The notes under the pieces were generated by a model, which saw nothing but the letters and a program-made list of their open reading frames with translations, had not been told where the DNA came from and did no database searches. Position numbers and translations under genes: made by a program. 34,007 nucleotides of DNA from Paraglomus brasilianum (lineage: Eukaryota): NCBI GenBank assembly GCA_910592345.1, contig CAJVPI010000347.1, forward strand, positions 1 to 34,007, read 5' to 3'. Below, piece after piece: positions 20,397-31,166 of this stretch (position 1 is its first letter; each line of letters opens with the position of its first letter).

Positions 20397-23300
20397 TCAT
20401 CCAATGCCTTCATATTGTTTCAGTGCTTCCGGTGTTAAGGATGGTTGGACATTCTTCATTGCTTCAGAGAAATGTCTCATTTCCTGTATAGTAAAACGCC
20501 CTAAATACGATTAAGAAGCCAACAAATCAATCTACAGACTCACAATTTGACAATAAACATACTATATTCTGAACTGATATCGTTTCTCGCAACGCAATCA
20601 TTGCCGCTTCCCGACATAAATTTTTTAAATCCGCCCCTGAATAAAATTCAGTCTAATTAAAAAATAAGCGCGTAAGCATATCTTATAGTTGTGTAAACAA
20701 CAAATCAAATACGACAACATAGTAAATCAACGGGTCAACTACATGTGTGCCTAATAAAGACACCAAATCAAATACCTACCTTTTCAGCTAGTTCATCCAA
20801 CACAACGTCATTGCTTAGAGGCATATCTAACGTATGAATTCGCAAAATTTGGCGACGCGCCGCTAAATCAGGCGGGGGCACCTTTTATCGCAAAGATTTG
20901 AGTACTACGGCTGCATTTTTTACATATTGTGCAGTCAAAAACTTACAAATATCAATCTGTCGAATCTCCCAGGTCTCAACAGGGCAGCATCGATCATATC
21001 GGGTCGATTAGTAGCTCCCTATTAAAGATCACAGTTACTTTAGGCAAAAGCCAAGATCGAGCAAACACAAATGTAAATTTACCATGACTAGCACACCGCT
21101 TGCCCCTTCAATCCCATCCATCTCGTTAAGCAGCATAGACAAAATGCGTTCTTGCACGCTATCTCTTCTATGACTTCCATCGAAAGATCTTTTGCCGACA
21201 ATCGCATCAATTTCATCGAAAAATACAATCGACGGCGATGCAGAGCGTGCCCGCTGGAAAGTGGAGCTTACTGTGAAACCCAGAGACAGTTGGAGTGTCA
21301 TCATGATTAACTGCAAAAGCCATACATAGCAACATACTTATTTTCTCGGAATCGCCAACATACGGGGAGTATAAATGGGCTCCATTGATTGAAATAAAAG
21401 AAGCTCCGGATATTGTTGCTATTACCTATTAGATGTGAGTAATGGTATCAATGTGTTATGTCAAAACCAAAAGCAGACGGTATAACGTACATGCATAATA
21501 TCAAAAATAAAAATTTGTATATAAAACAACAGTTAAAACAACCATAAAGTATTCTTGAGCAGGTCGGTTTACCGTTATTGACTCTAACCTTAACTAAGCT
21601 AGTTTTACTACATCCCGGTGGTCCATATAATAATATTCCTCTGGGTGGCTTAAGTCCTAATCTTTCATAAGCATTTCGATAGTTGATCGGCCATGTAACG
21701 GATTGCTGCAGTTTCTAAAAAGTGATATTTAAAGAAGATTAAAAATCAATGAACCAGATTTACAGACAAGAAGTCAGTCGAGACCTTTTTCACTTCTTCT
21801 AATCCGCCAATGTCATCCCATGTCGTTCGCTCTACGTCCACTTGCAGTCCACGAGAGATCGAGGGCGCTACGCGTGATATTGCTGATTTAAAATCAGTCA
21901 TTTTAATCTGTCTGCAAATTTATATTAATCAACTTACTGGTCAACCTCTATAACATATTAAGGGGGAAAAAGTATAACGTACTTCTCAGATCCGTGAACT
22001 GTGTGTCGATTCATGGCATTCATAGCGGCCTCGCGACATAGCGAGGCTAAATCTGCACCAACGTATCCTTTTGTCACTGAAGCCAAAGCCTCTGGAAACG
22101 TATAAAAGAAATCGAAGACTAAGAAAAGAAGTGACAATAACTAAAATTTTCATCTCGTTAATCACATACCCAAAACCACACTAGAATCAATTGGCATTGT
22201 GCTCGTTATAGATTTTAGTATGTCAAACCGAGCCTTTTCGTTCGGGATATCAACAGCAATTTCACGGTCCAGTCTTAATTGTACAGATATGAAATTTTAA
22301 CGCTACGTTTTTACGACACAATGTCAACAGAATACATGATACATACCTACCGGGTCTTCTTAACGCAGGATCAACAGCATTCGGACGATTGGTCGCTCCG
22401 ATTACTATTGTTCGCCCCCGCGATTCCATACCATCCATCAAGGTCAGAAGCTGGGCTACCATACGCGATTCATGAGATTTGGCTTGCGTTCTATGGGGAG
22501 CAAGTGTATCCTGTGCATAAAGTAAATCTGCAAGTTAGTTGGTCAGTGGTGATCGTGGTTTGCTAATAGTTTTATTTACCAATTCATCTATAAATACAAT
22601 CACTGCTTTATTTGGATCTGCAATAGTTATATGGTTCGCCTCCGCAAACGTTTCGCGAAGCCTTTCTTCACTTTCGCCGACATATTGACCGTGGACATCT
22701 GATCCATGAAGCGTAATCTAATATTTAATTAGATAAAATCGATCTATTACCAATTTAGCAGACTTACTAATTATACATACCAATTGCGCTTCACAAGCTT
22801 CTGCGACTGCACACACTAAGTAAGTCTTTCCGACTCCTGGCGGCCCATATAACAACACCCCTGTATTACAGTAAATATATATTCGCATTCTATACTCGTT
22901 CCTGTTCAAGACCACTCTCTCACCTTTCGGACATTCGACGCCCATTTTCCGAAATAGATCAGGATACAAAAGAGGGTAACTTATAACCTCATACAAGGCT
23001 TCATAGGCCTTTTCGAGACCAGCTATGGGCTGGTGAGATGGTTGCTCTTTAAGAGATAATGAGAAAAAAGCGTCCGTAATTGAGGATATCTCTGAATCGT
23101 CAAACAGAGCATCTTCTTCCTCGGTAGCAGATAACTTTATTTGAGTTGCAGGTGTGATCAACACTTCAACATTCGATGGTGTTGTAGATTGGATCTTGAT
23201 TATAATAAACGAATAAGAAATGTCTCCGTTCAAAAACAAAACGCTTGTATTGATCCGCACCTTTATTTTCAAACACTGCCGTTCGTCTTGTATGGTACAT

Positions 23301-23991
23301 CCATCAATCAATAAAAGACCAGCCAGTCTTCCTTTGATGGTCTATCGATAAGAGAGTTTATGATAATCTCATATATTCTAAATTTGCTCATACGGGGAAA
23401 AAAAAGTTACCTCAATCTTCATTTCCTGTGAGGCATTTCTCCAAATGAATCCAAACTCACTGAATTCCCTCCATTCTCTATTTGAGGTGTAGGAATCTGA
23501 GGGATGGTGAAGTTCGATTGTGACAGTCAGCTCTTTCGCAACCTGTGGGAAACGTGGCATAGGACATATGGAGCACGAACGTCCTACTAACGATAATGCT
23601 TGGTATTTGAACGTATTGTCATCCGGTAAGTGATATTATAAGATGTCAATTACTTACCATCATATGATGGATGTTCTCCATTAGGAGAAACTTTTGGTTT
23701 CGTTACAAAATCGTCCACCTCTATAATGTCATCTTCAGCTATATCGATAGGCCATACGCAAGCATACAGTATCTATATACGCATACCGTTTTAGCGTTAT
23801 GAGTGAAGAATTTTTATTTGTTCTGACTATTTGTGACAGCATGGTACCCGATCGTTGTCCTCAAATTTGATCCATTGGCCTGTGGCGATACCATTCCTTT
23901 TCATGAAATCTCTCGGAATCCTACATCTAGCGGATCCCAAATCATGTGGTGCAGGCTTATGGAACCTAAAGTGCCCATGTATCGTGGACAT
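20397..23991 (-). CDS. Two-ring AAA+ ATPase of the AFG2 family, most like AFG2B/SPATA5L1
   Basis: ATG 23991 ([26 protein letters not shown]...). D1: [47 protein letters not shown]2: [51 protein letters not shown]. Stop at 20397-20399. Confidence 0.85.
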
Positions 23992-24356
23992 GTTGGAAGA
24001 CAATGTGAGACTGGCTAGTTTTACGGTTTTTTAATAGTGATCTAAACGACCAATGAGAAATCGCCTAATTAACGTGGGCTGTCTATGCATATCGACTGTG
24101 AGGCAACAGACGCTTCAAAGCAGTTCTTGATATGGTAGTGAAGCCTTTCCTGACATTCTATATGACTTGAGACGATAACTTTGTAACAATGTTATACATT
24201 ACAAACTGAGATACATCACTCAATTAAGTGTGTTGGCAGTCATGATGGATGTGAAAAGTCACATACGATGACAACTTATTTATTAGACTTTTGCAGATGC
24301 CAAGCGTACTTAAACAAAACCCAAAAGCGTTGATTATATTGGCGTAAAGAAAATTG

Positions 24357-24872
24357 TCATTTATTTTTCTTTTTGGGTTCCCCGACAACAGTGACCTCAA
24401 GACCTGATTCAGAAGATTCATCAGTATTAAAATTATAAGGAACAAACTCTTAATTTCAAAAAGGAAAAAAACAATCCCAACCGGGTGGAAGCGATTTCTT
24501 CAATTTTTCAGCTTTTTCTAAATCGTCCATAACGAGTGTATATAAATATCTTGAGCATCGAAGCTTGAACTTGGTCTTTGTTCCATTCTTTTTAATGCGG
24601 GCGGCTAAATTAATGGGGAAAACATCATATTCGATCAGAAAATAACCCGATCCGGGACTGACGCTGCGTAAATCTATGACACTCTAGAGAATTCGGCAGC
24701 TCTAATCAGACTCGGTACATACACTTTGCGTCTTTCTTTATAGCGACTTTAAGAAACTCCTTAATATCTGTTATTTGCTTTGGCTGTGTTAAGAGCGACC
24801 AGAAAGTATATTATTGACGTCTCTACGTTGTCTGCTGATTGAATACAAACAAGTTGATGGATGACTCACCAT
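24357..24872 (-). CDS. RPL38: 60S ribosomal protein eL38, 77 aa
   Basis: Exons 24872-24870 (ATG only), 24783-24723, 24604-24482 and 24403-24357: [77 protein letters not shown]. Not in the ORF track. Confidence 0.95.
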
Positions 24873-25322
24873 CTTGAATAGAACGACAAAACCGACGAGA
24901 GGAAGGATTTAACTATAAATTTGATATTAGATATTTGAAGAAATTAACCGTGACGTCATCAAATAATAATTTTGTACGACTATTGATCGCATATCGTGTG
25001 TTATTACTTCCACAACGATATCATAATAATAAGTTAATGGTCGATATGAATTTTATATTAATAAAGTTAATAGATAAGCAGAGTGGAGGGGTCAGTTCTA
25101 AATTTACTGTATCTTCTATCCAGTGGTATGCCATGTACGGTTAACGAAATAGCTCAATTCGAGAATAGCGGGATGATTTTAATGATTATAAGCTTGTTTA
25201 TATCCAAGAAACGAAAAGTAGTCCCTTTAATGGTCATAAATATTAAGCATTTTAAGGAATTTCATAACACCCTCGTGTCACTTACGCGCTGAATAATCAT
25301 TGGTCAAAGAAATTACTATAAC

Positions 25323-26544
25323 ATGAATACATTCCCATTTGAGAGAATGATGAAGAGCATGCCAGCGTACAAGGCAGTAATATTCGACATAGGCGGTGTG
25401 TGCGTGGGCTCTCCCTTTCAAGGGATTGCGAAATATGAGCGCGAGCATGGTTTACCGCCTGATTACATTAACGTTGCTATGTATGTCGGTTATTTGATCC
25501 AAGAGTTACATGAGAATTGTGTTTAAGTGAGATTGATTCATTTATGTAGAGTAAGCCGTGGAGAGAATGGCGCATTTCAGGTTGGATTGTATTTGCTATT
25601 GTCAGATATTTTTGTGCTGAATTCTAATCTGTGTAATTTTATAATGAAGCGTTTGGAAAGAGGCGAATTAGATCTTTACGCGTTCTACGATCTTTTTGGA
25701 AAAGAATTGTCGGATCCAAGAAATCTCGAATATTACAAAGAATATCGACGCTTGAGAAAAGGTTGATGTTGATAATGCTTCATGTTGCATTCCATCCTTA
25801 CCAACAGATGATTCGACAAACTTACACGTAACTGTTCCAGAAAAGATTTTTCCAGACCGAATTTTATCTGATTCGTCCATAATAGACGGCAAAGAACTTT
25901 TTCGTGCCATGATGGCAGAAGCCTCACGAATCGATCCTGTGGTTTTCTCTTCTCTACAAAAACTTCGAGCGGGTAACCGATTCAAACTTGCAGCACTCAC
26001 TAATAACTTCTTTTTGCCTAAAGATGATGTTAGCTTGGTTGGCAATATACCCGAGAAGTTGAAGAATATCTTTGACGAATTTATAGAGTCGAGCGTTGTG
26101 GGATTAAGGTCAATATCATGAGTGTCTGTTCGTATGCTGTTGAATCGCCAGGTACTGACCCTTTTGAATAGGAAACCTGATCCTCGATTTTTTTTGTATG
26201 CTTGTGAGAAACTTGCAATACAGCCAAGCGATGCTGTATTTTTGGATGATATCGGAATGTAAGCCTTTCTCCGTTTATATTTGTATCCGCGATTGATTTT
26301 GTCGTGAATGTCAAGATGCCTACTAATGTTATACAACCGCAGTAATTTGAAGTCTGCCAGTGAATTAGGAATGAGGACTATAAGTAAGTTGTTATATTAT
26401 AATCTACTTTATTAACAAATTGGTCACTTTTACTAATTTAATACATTAATTGAAGAAGTTGAATTGGGAAAGTCTCGGAAAGCTATAAAAGAATTAGAAA
26501 ATGTCTTAAATGTTAAGTTGTTAGATGAAGACTCTAAATTCTAA
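25323..26544 (+). CDS. HAD-superfamily hydrolase (soluble epoxide hydrolase/ACAD10 N-terminal-like), C-terminal SKF
   Basis: KAVIFDIGGV, FQRLERGE, AALTNN, FIESSVVGLRKPDPRFF and AVFLDDIG.NLKSASELGMRTI across 7 exons; ends DEDSKF*. The start could be a downstream Met (e.g. 25359). Confidence 0.88.
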
Positions 26545-26604
26545 TTGTAAGTTTGAGTTCGATATACAATGGTGTATTATTCTATTTCATAACATTTTTA
26601 TTAT

Positions 26605-29081
26605 TTATGACAACAAAAAGACATTCTTTTCATTCTGAATCATACGCTGAACTCTATTTGTTCCCACTACTCTTTCCAAGCGTAGCTGATCGTATTTGGT
26701 AAACAAAATATGACAGCTAATGGCATCATCTTTTTCCTCATTACCAGCCTTTAATGATAACATATTCACAAGCTCGGAGTAAAAATGACTATGATCAGGA
26801 AGAGAGTAGAAAAGAATATGACGAATCCCTCGTATTATGTATCTACAGAGTCAATAGATATCGTTATCCTCATGTAATATAATGAATTAAGATTGGAGAT
26901 TATGGACCCTACCCTACCTTCGGAAGAAATGAAATCGCTCTGTAAGTAACAAGTAGCTTCGATGACCATTAAAGAAATGACTACGAGCCCTTGAGATATC
27001 TGAACCTGAAGAGTAACTGTGGAATACTGTTGATTAATAGATTCGATCGTATAGTCGATAAATCGTGACAACGAATCATACATACTCTTGCAAACTTGTA
27101 AACGAATACTCGTTATCCTGAAAATAGTTTCGTACTCTCACATAATCGAAGTACGATGGAATAAATACTGCAAAATGAGCCTTATACATTTGACGCAGAG
27201 TTGGGAATGTCTTCTCGACGAAATACTTAAACCGTGCATCATCTGCCTCTTTCATAGATGAGCAGTCTATTCGCATAAAGATCTAGAAAAAAAAACAAAC
27301 CAACATTAGATTTTATTCATTCTTGCCGGCTGGACCCATAATATGATTACCTGATTCACGTCAGGAATAACATCCAGTATGGCACCTTCATAAGTTTGCC
27401 TCATCTTTAATTTTCCGGCAATGTTCAGCATACGCTTATTAAACAGACTGTTCATTTCCGGTGTTAAAAAGTCAGAAAGAACAATAGTCTGACGAAGATA
27501 CTTGCTTCTAATGTGTGCGTACAATGAATCACAAACAAGGCAGTTAGGTTCAGTTCCAATAGTCCAATGTAACAGAATGATGTAATGTGCATTGCTGGTT
27601 TCTACGGACCTATCATCAAGATACCAATTCTTCACTCGGCTAAAATCACAATCATGTGCTTCTTTGGGTATCAAGTTCAAATGCTCAAATATGTGCTAAT
27701 AAAACATTAAACATCAGAATAATACATGTCAATCCCCTTTCACTTGAATACAAGAAACTCACTCACCTCAACGTGATCCCAATTTTGCATAAGAAATGCG
27801 TTGCACTGATCCAATACTACGATTTCTATAGAAGAAAGAAAGTCGAAATCGCGCTTTCTGTCTCTGTCAAGTGTCTTTGATTAATAAGACTGATAAAGGA
27901 AGCAGACACACTACTATAAAGTTGCATTAAAACTATTCTTACTCTTCGCCTCCTATTACTGTTCGTAGCCCAAGCGGAGATGCAATGATAATATCGGATG
28001 TGTAAAACTTTGCGTAAAACTTGACTGTTTTACGAGTGAATTTAATCCCAAATCGAAACATGTCATCAATGTTTCCTTTAAATGTTGCCACGTAATCCGC
28101 TACACATAAGAATTGGGTTAATATATTAAAGTAAGGGTTCAATTGAACCGACTTAGCACAATGCGTATACCTGGTTTAGTCGATTCAATCTCTTCTTCAG
28201 AATCTGCACCAAACTCCCTTGAAAATCTCTTGTGATTTTCCTATTAGATCATGGCGGCAATTAATATCCAATATTTACATACGTTAAACTCGCAAACACT
28301 TTTCCCCACACCTGTTGCTGATCTTTCAGCAGACTTGTTAGAATCTCGACGATTTCTAGAGCAGAATTCCGAAAAGGTAATAAAATCAATGCTTTTGGTC
28401 TTGTAAACCCTTGATCACGATACTCGACATCTTTCCCCACATTTTTTGTAATCTTTTCATTATTCTTTAGCACAACGCTTCTTGTTCTACAAATCTTTAT
28501 AATCAGTTAATTGACGCATAATGAGGCCGTCTACAATTATATACTTACTTGAGAATGTGATTCACGATATGTAGTAAATAAGCCCGTCTGAGTTCGAGCG
28601 AGTTGTGAATAGTGCGATTCGTAAACAGAATGTCTTGATATTCGTTTAAATAATAAAAAAATCGGCCTTGCAATTCGGAAAAAGCTTTTTCATCCAATTT
28701 TCGCTCTGAATTATTTGATCGAAAACAGCCATGAGATGATAAACCAATAACAGAAACCGCAGAAATAATCACATACTGTTACATTCTGACCACGATTCAC
28801 GGAGCTTCTTTTTTATCTAGGAAGAACGTATCAGAGACAAATTTGAAAGCACACATGTCCAATAAGGTTTCTTTACTCACTTTGTACGTGTCAATGCTTT
28901 CGTAATCAAATTCAAGTGGTTCGATTCTTTCATCGCTGTCGCTGACATTAAATTTTGACACCAAACCTAAATAGTTATCTTTGAACTTGACTGAATCCCA
29001 CTTTTTTTGGTCCACTAACGATACTTTTTGATAAGAGGCATGCACGCCAAAATGATGTTCGTAATTATCTCGATCACTCAT
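26605..29081 (-). CDS. UTP25: U3 snoRNA-associated protein 25 (DUF1253)
   Basis: [84 protein letters not shown] and [18 protein letters not shown]; stop at 26605-26607. The 5' end is uncertain ([11 protein letters not shown] at 29081). Confidence 0.9.
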
Positions 29082-29297
29082 TCCCAAAAGCCAAACAAGC
29101 AAGAAACTAGGCTTTTCAAAGCAAACGGGATATTTCTCAACTTCGCTAGTGAACCCATAAGCGTGTACGTTGAAGCCTACGTCCCTAAAGAAAATCCTGA
29201 TTGGCTCGAGCTGATCTGATGAATCAGATAATAATAATAATAATAAGTGAGTCACATGTAAAATCTTCCAATGATCGACACTCAGAAAACAGTCGAA

Positions 29298-29392
29298 GAA
29301 AACAGCGTTTCGAAAAATCCGCAACGGCGCCACGCTACATTAGGAAACAAAAACGTTGCGAAAAATCCGCGACAGCACGAAACGCTACAATT
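29298..29392. repeat. Imperfect tandem duplication of about 46-48 bp upstream of UTP25
   Basis: CGTTTCGAAAAATCCGCAACGGCGCCACGCTACATT versus CGTTGCGAAAAATCCGCGACAGCACGAAACGCTACAATT. Confidence 0.75.
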
Positions 29393-29929
29393 AATCTATA
29401 TTTAATTGTTCTTCTAGAAATAGTTAAAAGTGCGTTGCGCTTTTTCCGCGACGCTCGAAGATATATAAGTAGCTCATATTCCATCACCAAATCTTAATGT
29501 TGTCATGTTATATGTTGTTATGAATAAATAAAATATTACTGATCCTAGTAGTATTCTCCCGCAATCCTTTATTTTTTTTTCTATCATCGAAATAATTGAT
29601 TATTAGGCCGGACACTCCAATAAACGGCTCATTTAAGCTGTAATGGAATAGCATTGATTTGATCAAGCTAGTAAGCTGTCCGTGGATCAATTACATGAAT
29701 AACAGAACGAGAGTTCATAATTAATTATCGAGACGATTATTGTTTAATTAGTTTAGAAAGACAACGACTAGTCGATAAACAAATCGAAGATAGCCCTGTT
29801 TAATTTAAAAATAGTATTATTCTCCTTCGATTCTTTAGTAGAATAATTGTTGTTATTGTATTATGTATTTAGACAAGTAGGTTAATCGTAATCTTCATTA
29901 GCGCATAGAGTTTCTATTTCCCAGGGTGT

Positions 29930-30631
29930 AAAATTTGCTTCACAAGATTAATTCGATATATTGTATTTCGTAGCATGCATTTTTCTACTCTACTTGCGCT
30001 TTGAAAATTTCCCATCTAGAGTTCATTTTATTAATATGGTTGTTAAGATTTTCATCTGGTTCCAAATATGCCCATATATCATTTTCATTGTGAAATTTCT
30101 TATCTTCCATCTCTCTTTCAGATACCAATATTGCTTTGTATTTGTAAGTTTTCTGCATCTCATATATAGTTCATGCCTTGCTTCCATGTGTATCATTGAT
30201 TTTTAAGCAACTATTGAAATCTTGTAATAGAAGTTTTTGGATAATTTTTGCGATTGTATCTGGAAGTTCAAGTGGGTTATATGTATGCCACAACATTTTT
30301 TGGTTTCCTGAATGCAGAGTTTTATGTCAATATTCCAGAAACACCTTCCAAAATTTCGTAAACTAATGGGAATTGTACTCGGCTTCAATAAAATAATGAT
30401 CCGCACACCGAGTTGCCTTGCAAAATCAGCAAGATTTATGAAGAGAATCCCCGCAAGCATCTTAATTAATTAGTAAATAGTATTGCAAACCCCTTGCAGC
30501 CAACAAACCTTTAAAGATAACCTCCGCAAAGAATGGCATTTTTGGATAGCTAGTGGTGGTGCTGGAGAAACTGTAACAGGAATATCTTTCTCGTGCCAAG
30601 ATAAGCGATGTGTGTGCGTTCATGGTAACAT
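29930..30631 (-). pseudogene. Possible decayed ORF with a Cys/His-rich (MYND-like?) N-terminal part
   Basis: Protein-like reading interrupted by several stops and frameshifts: KCHS(C)..GCKG..ACGDSLHKSC*FCK...LELPDTIAKIIQKLLLQDF...DIWAYLEPDENLNNHINKMN. Confidence 0.25.
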
Positions 30632-31166
30632 ATCCGCTCAAACTATATAAGTTGACAAGTGTGGTATAACAGCGGATTTAGATAAGGATTCGTAAAAATA
30701 CATTTGATAGATTACTTTTCAATATAAATCTTTGGGGGGCGGTACTTATTTTCGAAAGCAAAAATTTTTTACTTCGCAACGCAACTAACATCTTGCGACT
30801 ATATAAAGGCTTGGAAATACGGAGTGTGTCAAAGAGTTTCTGTATAAATGTTCCTCCTAATTAAAAACAGACAAACCAACCAGACGCTCTGAACGAACAA
30901 ATATATTTTTATAACAACAGTACGCCACTAGAACTACGGTCATCAAATAGACAAAAAGAAGGATCAGTTTATGAAAATATACAATGATTTAACTCAATAA
31001 CGAAAATCTAATAGGTTTGCTGAAATGGTCTATTTTATTAGTATTAGACTAAACAATCGTAAATTGCAACTCAACACATAAACTTCCTAAAAAGGTTGTC
31101 ATACGCAAGTGTGACACAATAAGTGTTGAGAATTCCCCTCCACTTGAAAAAAAAATAATTCAAACT

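Noticed and set aside
22060..22072. U12-type 5' splice site (GTATCCTTT)
   Set aside because: It lies antisense within an AAA ATPase exon. The introns I resolved are ordinary GT-AG with no U12 signature.
24605..24722. Intronic C/D snoRNA in RPL38 intron 2
   Set aside because: CTGA is present, but there is no correctly placed upstream RTGATGA box or terminal stem.
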